From: Acidobacteriota bacterium
GTDB lineage: Bacteria; Acidobacteriota; Blastocatellia; HR10
DNA length: 64,000 nt
Direction: 5' to 3'
Assembly: GCA_030550025.1 (NCBI GenBank)
Contig: JAUQQC010000005.1
Location: forward strand, 138,857-202,856
Shown here: piece by piece, positions 30,344-40,887 of the stretch
How positions within the stretch are numbered: the stretch's first letter is position 1
Layout: the number at the start of each line of letters is the position of its first letter
Made by a program: the position numbers and the translations under genes
Notes under the pieces: generated by a model
The model's database searches: none
What the model saw: only the letters and a program-made list of their open reading frames with translations
What the model was told of the DNA's origin: nothing

Positions 30344-31873
30344 ATGCCCAAATTGGCGGCCGAATTCGAGTTCGGGCTTTCGGAGCGAGAACCGACGAGT
30401 GCGCTTCTTGTCCGAGCGGCACGCGGTGCGTTCTGGTCCTGGAGCGCGCAAGTCCTCAAGCAGCTTCTACAGCTTGCGATTATGGCGATTCTCGCGCGAT
30501 GGCTCACTCCGGCCGATTTCGGACGCCTGGCGATGATCGGCGTCGTGACGGGGTTCTTGAGCCTCTTCGGCGAATTGGGGATCGGCCCCGCTCTGATCCA
30601 GAAGCGCGAGATCGGGAGCGCGCACCTCTCGGCCGCCTTCTGGGGAAGCCTCGCAGCCGGTCTGGTGTTGATGTTCCTGCTGATGCTCGGCGCGCCGCTT
30701 ATCGCCAGCGTGTACGCGGACGCGCAGCTTGTGCCGCTTGCGCTGGCACTCGCCGCGAATTTCCCGCTGGTCGCTCTGGCGACGGTGCCGATCAACCTCC
30801 TGCAGCGAGAGCTCCAGCTTGGGCGGCTCGCTGCGGTGGAGCTGCTCGCGCTCGTACTTGGCGGCGCGGTCGCCGTGGGTCTGGCACTTCGCGGAGGGGG
30901 GGCATGGAGCTTGGTGGGACAAACGCTCGCGGCCTCAGGGGCGACGGCCATAGCGGCGTGGGGGGTGATCGCCGTTCGCGTCCAAGAAGTGGGGAGCCCC
31001 GTGAGCGTGGATCGCGGGGTCCTTCGAGATCTGTTTCGCTTCGGACGACCCCTCGTGGGGATCAACGTCCTGAATTACGTCGCTCGAAACGCGGACAATG
31101 CGCTCATTGGGAAGTTCCTGGGAGCGCAGGCGCTCGGGTATTATGCGCTCGCCTATCGGCTGCTGCTCTTCCCGCTGCAAAACCTCTCTTGGGCGCTCGG
31201 GCGCGCGCTCTTGCCGGCGCTGGCGCGAGTATCCGATCCCGAGCACGTGCGCCTCGCGTACCGGCGCATGGTTGAAGGGATCGCCATCGTGGCCTTTCCG
31301 ATGATGATCGGCATGGCCATTGTCGCTCCCGAAGTCGTTCGTCTCCTCTATGGGCCGCAATGGGAGCGCGCCATCTTCCTAGCACGCGTCTTCTGCGGCA
31401 TCGGAGCGTTGCAAGCGATTGGGACGACGATTGGGCCACTCTGTCTCTCCCAAGGGCGACCGGACGTCTTATTCCGATGGAATCTCATCTTCACGCCCGC
31501 GGTCGTCGGCAGCATCGCGCTTGGCCTTCGGTGGGGGATCGAAGGCGTCGCCCTGGCTTATGCGAGCACGAGCGCTGCCGCCTGGTACTTCTCGCACGCG
31601 CTCGCCAATCGGGTCATTGCGCTGCGGATGCGCGTCTTTCTGCGCGCGCTCGCGCCCGCCGCCGTGAGCACGCTCGTCATGGCCGTCGGGATCCTCTTCG
31701 CGCGGGTCTGGTTCATCCGTCCGCACATCTCGAGCGCTCTTGCGGCCTTAGCGTTGCACGTGGGCCTTGGTGCGAGCCTCTACGTTCTCGCGCTCAGCCG
31801 TCTCCGACCGAATGCGCTCGGTGAATTGCGCGAGCTCGTGCGCCTCTTCGTTCGGAGGAATCTGAGCGAATGA
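30344..31873 (+). CDS. wzx: polysaccharide flippase (Wzx / MOP superfamily)
   Basis: ATG at 30344 (MPKLAAEFEFGL...) in frame with track ORF 29978..31873. About 509 aa with ~12-14 TMs; typical MOP-flippase N-terminus. Confidence 0.7.
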   Translation: MPKLAAEFEFGLSEREPTSALLVRAARGAFWSWSAQVLKQLLQLAIMAILARWLTPADFGRLAMIGVVTGFLSLFGELGIGPALIQKREIGSAHLSAAFWGSLAAGLVLMFLLMLGAPLIASVYADAQLVPLALALAANFPLVALATVPINLLQRELQLGRLAAVELLALVLGGAVAVGLALRGGGAWSLVGQTLAASGATAIAAWGVIAVRVQEVGSPVSVDRGVLRDLFRFGRPLVGINVLNYVARNADNALIGKFLGAQALGYYALAYRLLLFPLQNLSWALGRALLPALARVSDPEHVRLAYRRMVEGIAIVAFPMMIGMAIVAPEVVRLLYGPQWERAIFLARVFCGIGALQAIGTTIGPLCLSQGRPDVLFRWNLIFTPAVVGSIALGLRWGIEGVALAYASTSAAAWYFSHALANRVIALRMRVFLRALAPAAVSTLVMAVGILFARVWFIRPHISSALAALALHVGLGASLYVLALSRLRPNALGELRELVRLFVRRNLSE

Positions 31874-31977
31874 GCGCCAGGGCGTGCACTGCGGGTTTCG
31901 CCCTTGCCGACTCCTTTCGTGCGAATTTACCCTCTATGCCTCTTGGCGTGAGGCAGGCGAAAGTGAGAGAGCAGCCT

Positions 31978-33153
31978 ATGGAGACCATCGTGACGGCGAA
32001 ACCGAAGACGTTTCCCATCCGCTTCGACCGCAACGAATGGGCAGGTGCGTTCGGGGACTTGGGCACGGACTTCCCGCTCGTCGTGGGCGTCACGCTCGTG
32101 GCCAATCTCGACAGCGCGAGCGTGCTCACCATGTTCGGCCTCATGCAGATTCTGACGGGATTGCGGTATCGCCTCCCGATGCCGGTGCAACCGCTCAAGG
32201 CAATGGCTACCATCGTGATCACGCAGAAGCTCGGCGGCTCCATCCTCTACGGAGCGGGATTGGCCATCGGCGTCATCATGCTGCTTCTCTCTCTGTCGGG
32301 GCTTATTGACTGGCTGGCACGGGTCATCCCCAAAAGCGTCGTGCGCGGGATTCAATTCGGGCTCGGTTTGCAACTGGCGCTGCTTGCCTTGCGGGAATAT
32401 GTGCCGGCCGACGGCCTCTCCGGATATGCGCTCGCCGCCGTGGGATTCAGTCTCACGCTCCTGCTATTGGGGAATCGGCGATACCCGGTGGCGTTGCTCC
32501 TGGTCCTGATCGGCTTCGCCTACAGCTTCGCATTCAAAATCCCCGTCTCTGCCCTCGTTCAAGGCGTTGGCCTGAATCTGCCGAAGGTTCACGTTCCTCA
32601 GTGGTCGGACATCCTGACGGGCTTTTTCCTTCTGGTGTTGCCGCAAATCCCCCTCTCGCTCGGGAACGCGATCCTGGCCACGCGACAGATCGTCGAAGAC
32701 CTCTTCCCCGAGCGCCGGGTCACGGTGCGACAGATCAGCCTCACGTACGCAGTGATGAACGTGACGAACCCATTTTTCGGCGGCGTTCCCACGTGCCATG
32801 GCGCCGGGGGGATTGCCGGACACTACGCCTTTGGCGCGCGCACGGGTGGTTCGGTGATCATCGAAGGTGCGCTCTATATGCTGCTGGGCCTCTTCTTCGG
32901 ACGGGGGTTCGACGCGATCGTGAAGATCTTCCCGCTGCCCATTCTGGGCATCATCTTGTTCTTCGAGGGCGTGACCCTTCTGCGCCTGGTGCGGGAGGGA
33001 GCCCCGTCTCGAGGCGACTGGATGACCATCTTGCTCGTTGGACTTCTGGCGGTCGGACTCCCCTACGGGTATCTCATCGGGATGTTCGTCGGCATCGTCT
33101 TCGCCTTCTTGATGAAGCGCGGTCTTGTCGTCCTGGAAGCTAAAGGGCTGTAG
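31978..33153 (+). CDS. putative sulfate/molybdate-type anion transporter (MOT-like)
   Basis: Start set to ATG 31978 (METIVTAKPKTFPIRF...). Polytopic membrane protein with NPFFGGVPTCHGAGGIAGHYAFGARTGG, which I recognise as the sulfate/molybdate transporter family signature. Confidence 0.55.
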   Translation: METIVTAKPKTFPIRFDRNEWAGAFGDLGTDFPLVVGVTLVANLDSASVLTMFGLMQILTGLRYRLPMPVQPLKAMATIVITQKLGGSILYGAGLAIGVIMLLLSLSGLIDWLARVIPKSVVRGIQFGLGLQLALLALREYVPADGLSGYALAAVGFSLTLLLLGNRRYPVALLLVLIGFAYSFAFKIPVSALVQGVGLNLPKVHVPQWSDILTGFFLLVLPQIPLSLGNAILATRQIVEDLFPERRVTVRQISLTYAVMNVTNPFFGGVPTCHGAGGIAGHYAFGARTGGSVIIEGALYMLLGLFFGRGFDAIVKIFPLPILGIILFFEGVTLLRLVREGAPSRGDWMTILLVGLLAVGLPYGYLIGMFVGIVFAFLMKRGLVVLEAKGL

Positions 33154-33238
33154 CCGAAGCGGGGGCCTCGGCAACGAGAGCGAGAATCGGCAAGACCTGG
33201 CGCTCGCGATGTTCGCTCGGATGCATCGGACGAACCCA

Positions 33239-34432
33239 ATGAAGAATATCGAGGACGCACGGCTTGTCGTCGCTGAGGTGAAGCCGGATTATCTGCCGCT
33301 GACGGAGACCTTCATCTACGAATACGTGCGCGCGCTGCAGCGCGTCCGCCCGATCGTCGTGGCCGAAGAGGTGAAACATCTGGAGCACTTCCCGGTCGAA
33401 GCGCTCGTCCGCGTACGTGCGCGGGGAATGACGGTAGGGGAGCGCATTGCGGATCGGTTGCAGGCCGCGCTGTTCGGATTTGAGAACGCGCGCGTCTACC
33501 GGTACTATGAGGCGCTGCGGCGTCTGCGCCCACATCTTGTGCACGCGCATTTCGGGCCGACGGGCGTCCTCCTGCTCGCCGCGACGCAGCGCCTGAAGGT
33601 GCCGCTCATCACGTCCTTTTACGGCTACGACCTCTCGGCGCTCGCGCGAGAGTCCGACTGGCGAGCGCGGTATCGTCATCTCTTCGCCCGCGGCGCGCTC
33701 TTTCTCGTCGAAGGCCCGCACATGCGCGAGCGACTCCTTCGGCTTGGATGCCCGTCGGAGAGGATTCGCCTGCAGCGCATCGCGATTGATCTCGACGAGT
33801 TCCCTTTCCGCCCGCGCGTTTGGCGCGAGGGGCCGGTTCGCCTGCTGCAGGTCGGGCGCTTGGTCGAGAAGAAGGGACACGAATACGCACTGCGGGCGTT
33901 CGCGCGCCTCCGATCGCGCGTTCGCGCGAGCGAGTTTTACGTTATCGGGGATGGGCCGTTGCGCTCGCATCTGGAACGGCTCGCCGAGGAGCTCGGCATT
34001 GCTGAGGCCGTACGATGGATGGGGGCCCTCCCGCGCGCGGCCTATCGCGAAGTGGCCGAACAATGCCATATCCTCGTGCAGCCGAGCGTCGTCGCCGCAA
34101 CCGGCGACGATGAGGGGGGAGCGCCGACGGTCCTCCTGGAGATGCAGGCCTCGGGCATGCCCATCGTCGCGACGCGCCACGCCGACATCCCCTATGTCGT
34201 TCGCGAAGGGGAAAGCGCTCGACTCGTCCCCGAGCGGGACGTTGCGGCGCTGGCCGATGCGCTTCTTGAGCTCATCGAGAATCGGGAGCGATGGCCGTCC
34301 ATGGCCGAAGCCGGCCGCACCTTCGTCGCCGAACGCCATGACATTCGTCGCGAAGCCCCTCGGCTGGAGGAGCTGTATTGGTCGGTGATCGAAGCGCCGT
34401 ATGCGGTCCCGTCCCTATCGGATGTCCCGTGA
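33239..34432 (+). CDS. glycosyltransferase family 4 (GT-B)
   Basis: ORF track 33125..34432. Start ambiguous (ATGs at 33209, 33221, 33239). C-terminal GT4 motifs EGGAPTVLLEMQASGMPIVATRHADIPYVV. Confidence 0.7.
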   Translation: MKNIEDARLVVAEVKPDYLPLTETFIYEYVRALQRVRPIVVAEEVKHLEHFPVEALVRVRARGMTVGERIADRLQAALFGFENARVYRYYEALRRLRPHLVHAHFGPTGVLLLAATQRLKVPLITSFYGYDLSALARESDWRARYRHLFARGALFLVEGPHMRERLLRLGCPSERIRLQRIAIDLDEFPFRPRVWREGPVRLLQVGRLVEKKGHEYALRAFARLRSRVRASEFYVIGDGPLRSHLERLAEELGIAEAVRWMGALPRAAYREVAEQCHILVQPSVVAATGDDEGGAPTVLLEMQASGMPIVATRHADIPYVVREGESARLVPERDVAALADALLELIENRERWPSMAEAGRTFVAERHDIRREAPRLEELYWSVIEAPYAVPSLSDVP

Positions 34433-34438
34433 GCATCT

Positions 34439-35815
34439 ATGCCGCGTCCAGTCTTGTTCATCGCGCTGGCTTTCCCCCCGCAAAACAGCAGCGGCACATT
34501 TCGCTCGGTGAAGTTCGTCAAATATCTCGGCGAGTTCGGATGGGAACCCATCGTCATCACGCTCGATTGGGCGCGCGTGCTCGCGCCGCAGGAGCGAGAC
34601 GAGGGGCTGCTCGACGACGTGCCTCCCGATCTACCCGTTTACCGACTCGCGCCCTTCAATCCGGTGCGCGCTCTTGGTGAACGTGTGCGGCGAAAGCTCC
34701 CGGTCGTCTCCCCTTCGGGAGGCGAGGTTGGCCCCGTCACCTATTCCGAGGTCTGGAATGAAGAGCCGCCGCGCTCGTGGGGCTATCGGTTGCTGCGCGC
34801 GCTGTATCACTTCGGCTTGGCGCCTCTTGGCGATGAGCATTTCTATTGGATATGGCGAGCGCTGCCCACGTGCGCGCGGATCGCACGCCGGCATCAAGTG
34901 GAGGCGATCTTTGTCTCCGTGAGCCCGTGGACCTCAGCCATGCTCGGCGTTTGGCTCAAGCGGTGGCTCCATCGGCCCCTCGTCCTGGATTTCCGCGATT
35001 ACTGGACGCTCTGGCCGATCAAAGCGCGACGTCCCGTTCGCGATCGCCTCGACGCTTGGGCGGAGCGATGGGTCGTGCGCGCGGCCGATCGCCTCATCTG
35101 TGTGCACGAAGCCATGGCCGAGGACTTCGCACGACTCGTTCCGGAGACGGCCGCGCGCTCGGCGGTCATCCCGAACGGATATGATGCGGAGGATTTTCGG
35201 ACGATCGCGCGCGTATCCCCTGAAGCCGGCACGCCGACGACGCTTGTGCATGCGGGCATGGTGTGGGGGGATGCCGCCGCACCTCTCCTGGACGCCGTCG
35301 CTTGGCTCAAGGAGCAAGCGCCGGCGTCATGGCGAGTGCATTTCGTGGGTGGATTGCCTCCGTCGAATCTGCGCTTCGTGCGCGAGCGTGGATTGCAGGA
35401 GGTGGTGGCGATCGAGCCGCGCACGACGCATCGCGAAGCGCTGGCGCGCATGGTCGCGGCCGATGTCCTGATTCTCCTTATCACCAGCCATGAGGGGGGG
35501 AAGAAGTGGCTCCCCGGAAAGCTCTTCGAGTACATGGCCGCCGGACGTCCGATCCTCGCCGTGACGCCGTCGGGACTGGCTTCGGCGTTGATCGAAGAGG
35601 CCGGAGTCGGCACGAGTGTGGATCCTCGAGAGCGCGAGCGATTGCGCGCGCTGCTACGGGATGCGGCCCTTGACCCCGAAGGCTTCGCGCGCCAGTTTTA
35701 TCGCCCGCAGGAGGCGGTCATCCGCCGTTACGAGCGGCGCGCGTTGACGCGCCGCTTGGCCGAGATATTGGAGGAGATCGTTGATCGCTCTCGCGCGAAG
35801 ACGCGCTCGCCATAA
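34439..35815 (+). CDS. glycosyltransferase (GT-B, group 1-like) with atypical N-terminal region
   Basis: ORF track 458 aa. C-terminal half has GT-B features (KLFEYMAAGRPILAV); N-terminal ~180 aa not recognised. Confidence 0.6.
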   Translation: MPRPVLFIALAFPPQNSSGTFRSVKFVKYLGEFGWEPIVITLDWARVLAPQERDEGLLDDVPPDLPVYRLAPFNPVRALGERVRRKLPVVSPSGGEVGPVTYSEVWNEEPPRSWGYRLLRALYHFGLAPLGDEHFYWIWRALPTCARIARRHQVEAIFVSVSPWTSAMLGVWLKRWLHRPLVLDFRDYWTLWPIKARRPVRDRLDAWAERWVVRAADRLICVHEAMAEDFARLVPETAARSAVIPNGYDAEDFRTIARVSPEAGTPTTLVHAGMVWGDAAAPLLDAVAWLKEQAPASWRVHFVGGLPPSNLRFVRERGLQEVVAIEPRTTHREALARMVAADVLILLITSHEGGKKWLPGKLFEYMAAGRPILAVTPSGLASALIEEAGVGTSVDPRERERLRALLRDAALDPEGFARQFYRPQEAVIRRYERRALTRRLAEILEEIVDRSRAKTRSP

Positions 35816-36950
35816 TGCGCCGGACGGCGAAGGGATTCGCGTTGTTCACGTTTCGCCCACGTATTTTGGCGAGCGTTCGATCCTCGGTGGAGGAGAGCGC
35901 TACGCGACCGAACTGGCGCGGGCGATGGCTCGGCTGACGCCCACACGGTTGGTGAGCTTCGCCACGTGCGCGGACGAGCGGGAGCCGGTGGTGGCTGAGA
36001 CGTCGCTTGAAGTGCGCCTCTTTCGCCCTTTCTGGTACCCGCGTGGTCAGCGAACGAATCCCGTCAGCGTCCGATTCCTCACGGCGCTCGCCGATGCCGA
36101 CGTCATCCATTGCCATCAATTCCACGTCGTCGCGACGACGCTCGCGATCGCGTATGCCCGAGCGACGGGCAAGCGCGTCTTCGTCACGGACCTGGGCGGA
36201 GGGGGATGGGATCTCTCCTATCGCTTCGACACGGGGCGATGGGTGGACGGCTTCCTCCACCTCTCCCACTTCTCCGCGCGACGGTTCGCGCGGTACGAGG
36301 GGAAGAATCGCATCGTCTTCGCCGGTGTGGACGTCGAACGATTTCGTCCCCTGCCTGGGCGCACGTATGAGACGGTGCTCTATGTCGGGCGGCTGCTTCC
36401 GCACAAAGGGATCAATTATCTCATCGAGGCCGTAGACGCGACGATCGAGCTGCGCGTGATCGGCCGGCTGTGGGAGCCACAGCTCGGTGCGACGCGCAGC
36501 GCGGAGTATCTGGAACTGCTGCGGACGCTAGCGCGGGGCAAGCGCGTGCGCTTCATCTTCGATGCCGATGACGAACGGCTGGTGCGCGAGTACAATGCGG
36601 CGCTCGCGGTGGTCCTTCCCTCCGTGTACACGGACGTGTTCGGGGCGCAGCATCCGACTCCGGAGCTGTTCGGATTGACCCTCCTGGAGGCCATGGCGTG
36701 CGCGACGCCGGTGATCGCGACGGCGGTGGGCGCGCTGCCGGAGATCGTCGAGGAAGGGGTGACGGGATTTCTCGTCCCCCCGAACGACGTGCGCGCGCTG
36801 GCCGATCGCCTTCAGTGGCTGCGGCGACATCCCCAAGAGGCGCGCCGCATGGGAGAGCGAGGGCGCGCGCGCGCCCTGGAGCGGTTCACTTGGGAGGCCG
36901 TCGCGCGCCGCTGCCTGGCGATTTATCGCGAGGTGCTCCGCACCGGATGA
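35781..36950 (+). CDS. glycosyltransferase family 4
   Basis: ORF track 389 aa. GT4 motifs FGLTLLEAMACATPVIATAVGALPEIVEEGVTGFLV. Overlaps the previous gene by 35 nt if the ATG at 35781 is used. Confidence 0.7.
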   Translation: MIALARRRARHNAPDGEGIRVVHVSPTYFGERSILGGGERYATELARAMARLTPTRLVSFATCADEREPVVAETSLEVRLFRPFWYPRGQRTNPVSVRFLTALADADVIHCHQFHVVATTLAIAYARATGKRVFVTDLGGGGWDLSYRFDTGRWVDGFLHLSHFSARRFARYEGKNRIVFAGVDVERFRPLPGRTYETVLYVGRLLPHKGINYLIEAVDATIELRVIGRLWEPQLGATRSAEYLELLRTLARGKRVRFIFDADDERLVREYNAALAVVLPSVYTDVFGAQHPTPELFGLTLLEAMACATPVIATAVGALPEIVEEGVTGFLVPPNDVRALADRLQWLRRHPQEARRMGERGRARALERFTWEAVARRCLAIYREVLRTG

Positions 36951-38191
36951 AGAGCGCACCAATGCGCATCGTGCACATTGCCACGCATGGGGAGATTGTC
37001 GGCGGCACGGAGACGTATGCTGCGGACCTGCATCGGCTCCTGGAGCGAGAGGGACATGAGATCACACTGCTTCACGGCTTGGCCGTCGCGGAACGACCTC
37101 GAGCGATCACGCCTGCGCGCGTCCATGTCCCCGCCCTGCGACCGGATGCCGGGCCGTGGCCGCGACGCGTTGCCGACGTCCGCCGGATCGTGGAGCGGCT
37201 CGCCCCTGATGTCATCCTCGCGCACGATGTGGAGGAGGCCGATCTGCTCCACCTTCTCGCTCAGCTTCGCCCCACGATCCCTTTCGTCCACGTCCACAGC
37301 CGCTACGTGTGTCCGGGACATGGGAAATTCTATGCGCGCCAGAAGCGCGTTTGCCCACGCCCCTTCGGACCGTATTGCCTCATCGCCCCGTATCTTCACG
37401 GGTGCGCGACGCGCCGACCGTGGCGCCTTATGGCCGATGTGCGCACGACACGACGCTGGATCGAAGTCGCGCGCGAGCTACCGCGCGTGCTGGTGGCGAG
37501 CCAGTATATGAAGCGCGAGCTTGTGGCCGTCGGTCTGCCTGAAGATCGGATCGTCGTGAATCCCATTTTCGTGCAGCCCGCGCTTGTGGGGGAGGAGCGC
37601 GCGCTTCCAGAGTCAGCAGTCCCCTCGGCCCCTCTGCCCATGGTTCTCTTCTGCGGACGTCTGTACGCGCACAAAGGCGCTGACCTTCTCCTCCGCGCGT
37701 TGGAGTTGGTCACGCCTGCCGTTCGCGCCGTCTTCATCGGCGAGGGGCCGGAGCGCGCACGATTGGAGCGCTTGGCCGCGCGCGTGCCAACGCGGCATAC
37801 CGTCTCCTTCCTCGGATGGCTCGATCGCCCGTTCATCTTCCACCTCTATCGCCGCGCTCACGCCGTCGTCGTCCCGTCGGTTTGGCCCGAGCCCTTCTGT
37901 CGCGTCAGCGCCGAGGCGATGTGGCATGGGACGCCGGTCATCGCCTTTCGCGTCGGAGCGCTCCCGGAATGGGTGCGCGACGGCCAGACGGGAGTGCTCG
38001 TCGAGCCCGGAGATGTTCGCGCGCTAGCGGCGGCCATCGAACGTGTGGTGACCGACAGCGAGCTGATGATCGCGCTGCGCACTCGCGCCCGGGAATTCGC
38101 CGAGGAGATGTTCGCCTCCTGGCGCCATCTGGAACGTCTGATGCGCGCTTTCGAAGACGCGAGACGGGAGTGGGCGAGCGCCACCTCTTGA
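36947..38191 (+). CDS. glycosyltransferase family 4
   Basis: ATG at 36947 (MKSAPMRIVHIATHG...) overlaps the upstream stop (ATGA). GT4 motifs PEPFCRVSAEAMWHGTPVIAFRVGALPEWVRDGQTGVLV. Confidence 0.75.
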   Translation: MKSAPMRIVHIATHGEIVGGTETYAADLHRLLEREGHEITLLHGLAVAERPRAITPARVHVPALRPDAGPWPRRVADVRRIVERLAPDVILAHDVEEADLLHLLAQLRPTIPFVHVHSRYVCPGHGKFYARQKRVCPRPFGPYCLIAPYLHGCATRRPWRLMADVRTTRRWIEVARELPRVLVASQYMKRELVAVGLPEDRIVVNPIFVQPALVGEERALPESAVPSAPLPMVLFCGRLYAHKGADLLLRALELVTPAVRAVFIGEGPERARLERLAARVPTRHTVSFLGWLDRPFIFHLYRRAHAVVVPSVWPEPFCRVSAEAMWHGTPVIAFRVGALPEWVRDGQTGVLVEPGDVRALAAAIERVVTDSELMIALRTRAREFAEEMFASWRHLERLMRAFEDARREWASATS

Positions 38192-38205
38192 GGTGCGAAA
38201 GGAAG

Positions 38206-39378
38206 ATGCGGATCCTCATCCTCTGTCCCGACTATCCGCCGAAACGAAGCGGGCTGGCGGATCACACGCGGCATCTGGCCGAACATCTTCGCCGACTTGG
38301 CCGAAACGATGTCCTCGTGCTCACAACGCGCGATTCGGGAGAGCGAACGGCAGCGGCAGAGGAGGAGACAGAAGGGATCATCGTGCGCCGGGTCATCGCG
38401 CGGTGGGGATGGCGCGGCCTCGCGACGCTCGCGCGAGAGATCGCCCGCGCGGCACCGGATTGGATCCTCACGCCCTACGTGCCGCATGCCTATGGGCGAG
38501 GGGGGATCAACCTGGCCCTCCCTCTCGCGCTCGTTCGAGAGCGGCTCCGAGGCCGACGCATGCTGCTTCTGGTCCATGAGCTCTACGCCGACCTCTCGCT
38601 CTTCCCCCTCCGGCATCTGATCGCAGCGCTTGTGCAGCGCGCGATGTTCTGGCTCGCCGTCATCGCCGCGCGCGGCATCGTCGTCTCCATCGAACCCTGG
38701 GCGATGTGGCTTCGCCAAGCGTGGCCGATCCGATGGACGTGCGCGCGAATCTTTCACCTGCCCAGCCCCTCCAACATCGAGCCGGTGCCGACTGACCGCG
38801 AGCGCGCGCGCCGAGAATTCGGCATTCGAGAGGAAGAGATCGTCCTCGTGTTCTTCGGGACTCTGCATGTCTCGAAGAAGCGTGCGTGGCTCCTTCGGAG
38901 CGTGGAGGCGCTCTCGGCTCAAGGGATTCCGGCGCGCTTGCTTCTGATCGGGCCGGAATCGCAAGAGCTCCTTGCGCTCGCTCCGGCGGAAGTGCGGAGG
39001 AGGATCCTCGCCCTCGGATATGCGGATGCGGCGACCGTCTCGCGCGCTCTGCAGGCGAGCGACATCTTCCTCCTCCCGTTGAGCGATGGCGTCTCGACGC
39101 GACGCTCCTCGCTCATGGCGGCGCTCAGTCACGGGCTTCCGGTCGTGGGGACGTCGGGGCGATTGACCGACGAGCCGCTCGCACGCTCAGGAGCACTCCT
39201 TCTCTCGCCCGCCGATGATCTGGACGCATTCCTGCGACACGTCCTCACCTTGGCCGAAGACGCCGAGCGGCGTCGGCATCTCGGCGAACGCGGGCGCGCA
39301 CTCTATCGCGAGCGCTACAGCTGGCCCGTCGTCGTCGAACGCCTGCTCGCCATTTTGCGCGACCTCGAAGGGGATTGA
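38206..39378 (+). CDS. glycosyltransferase family 4
   Basis: ATG at 38206 (MRILILCPDYPPKRSGLADH...) with GAAAGGAAG RBS. GT4-like C-terminal domain SLMAALSHGLPVVGTSG. Confidence 0.75.
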   Translation: MRILILCPDYPPKRSGLADHTRHLAEHLRRLGRNDVLVLTTRDSGERTAAAEEETEGIIVRRVIARWGWRGLATLAREIARAAPDWILTPYVPHAYGRGGINLALPLALVRERLRGRRMLLLVHELYADLSLFPLRHLIAALVQRAMFWLAVIAARGIVVSIEPWAMWLRQAWPIRWTCARIFHLPSPSNIEPVPTDRERARREFGIREEEIVLVFFGTLHVSKKRAWLLRSVEALSAQGIPARLLLIGPESQELLALAPAEVRRRILALGYADAATVSRALQASDIFLLPLSDGVSTRRSSLMAALSHGLPVVGTSGRLTDEPLARSGALLLSPADDLDAFLRHVLTLAEDAERRRHLGERGRALYRERYSWPVVVERLLAILRDLEGD

Positions 39379-39483
39379 CGCGCGCGGGAGGGCCGGCGCG
39401 GCAGAGCGATCGCGAGCGTTCGCTTGACGCAAGCGAGGGCGCGACCTACAATGTCCCTCTCGCGCGGCGAGGAGAAGACGCGT

Positions 39484-40887
39484 ATGGCCGAGACGCTCCT
39501 GGAGAAGGTTTGGCGTTTGCATACGGTTCGAGAGTTGCCGTCCGGGCAGACGCAATTGTTCATCGGCGTGCACCTCATTCACGAAGTGACGAGCCCGCAA
39601 GCATTCTCAATGCTGCGGGAGCTGGGTCTGAAGGTGCGCTTCCCCAATCGCACGTTCGCGACGATCGACCACATCGTCCCCACGGATTCACAGGCGCGGC
39701 CTTTCGCCGATGAATTGGCTGAGCAGATGACCGTCGCGCTGATGAAGAACTGCCGGGATTTCGGCATCACCCTCTTCGATCTCGGAAGCGGACGACAAGG
39801 GATCGTACACGTCATCGGGCCTGAGCTGGGGTTGACGCAACCGGGGATGACGATCGCCTGCGGCGATAGCCACACCTCGACGCATGGAGCGTTTGGCGCG
39901 CTCGCCTTCGGCATCGGGACGAGCCAAGTGCGCGATGTCTTGGCGACGCAATGCCTGGCCATGAGTAAGCCCAAACTGCGGCGCGTCGTCGTCGAAGGGA
40001 CGTTGCCGCGCGGCGTCTATGCCAAGGATATCATCCTGGCCATCATCCGACGGCTCGGCGTGAAGGGGGGCGTGGGATACGCGTATGAATATGCGGGCTC
40101 GACCATCGAGGCGATGACGATGGAAGAGCGCATGACCCTCTGCAATATGACGATCGAGGGTGGGGCACGCATCGGCTACGTCAATCCAGATCGCACGACA
40201 TTCGAATACTTGCGCGGACGGCCCTTCGCGCCGCAGGGCGAGGCCTTCGAGCGCGCCATCCAATGGTGGCAGCAGATCGCGTCCGATCCTGGCGCTCACT
40301 ATGATGATGAGGCTCACTTCGACGCTTCGGCGCTGCAGCCGATGGTGACCTGGGGGATCAATCCCGGGCAATCCGTCGGCGTGAGCGAACCGATTCCCAA
40401 CCCCGAAGAGGTACCTGAGGCCGAGCGCGCGGCCTACTGGGAAGCGCTCGAATTCATGTCCTTCAAACCTGGGCAGCTCATGCTCGGGACGCCGATTGAT
40501 GTCGCCTTCATCGGCTCGTGCACGAACTCGCGGTTGTCGGACCTACGCGTGGCGGCCGAAGTCGTGCGCGGCCGCAAGGTCGCGCGCGGCGTGCGCGCTC
40601 TGGTCGTGCCGGGATCGGAAGCCGTCGCCCGCGCTGCTGAAGCCGAAGGGTTGCATGAGATCTTTCAAGAGGCGGGCTTCGAGTGGCGCAAGCCGGGCTG
40701 CTCGATGTGCCTGGGCATGAATCCCGATCGGCTGCGCGGCCGCGAGATTTGTGCCTCTTCGAGCAATCGGAATTTCAAAGGGCGTCAAGGGAGTCCAACC
40801 GGGCGCACCCTGCTCATGAGTCCGGCGATGGTCGCCGCGGCCGCTATCGCGGGCGAAATCGTAGACGTTCGGGAGATGTTGCGATGA
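39484..40887 (+). CDS. leuC: 3-isopropylmalate dehydratase large subunit
   Basis: ATG at 39484 ([15 protein letters not shown]...). Aconitase-family Cys ligand regions [11 protein letters not shown] and [11 protein letters not shown]. Confidence 0.9.
   Translation: MAETLLEKVWRLHTVRELPSGQTQLFIGVHLIHEVTSPQAFSMLRELGLKVRFPNRTFATIDHIVPTDSQARPFADELAEQMTVALMKNCRDFGITLFDLGSGRQGIVHVIGPELGLTQPGMTIACGDSHTSTHGAFGALAFGIGTSQVRDVLATQCLAMSKPKLRRVVVEGTLPRGVYAKDIILAIIRRLGVKGGVGYAYEYAGSTIEAMTMEERMTLCNMTIEGGARIGYVNPDRTTFEYLRGRPFAPQGEAFERAIQWWQQIASDPGAHYDDEAHFDASALQPMVTWGINPGQSVGVSEPIPNPEEVPEAERAAYWEALEFMSFKPGQLMLGTPIDVAFIGSCTNSRLSDLRVAAEVVRGRKVARGVRALVVPGSEAVARAAEAEGLHEIFQEAGFEWRKPGCSMCLGMNPDRLRGREICASSSNRNFKGRQGSPTGRTLLMSPAMVAAAAIAGEIVDVREMLR

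Noticed and set aside
33140-34339. 399-aa ORF on the minus strand
   Set aside because: Antisense to a GT4 glycosyltransferase with recognisable motifs.
37858-39132. 424-aa ORF on the minus strand
   Set aside because: Antisense to two GT4 glycosyltransferase genes; Arg/Ser/Pro-rich translation.
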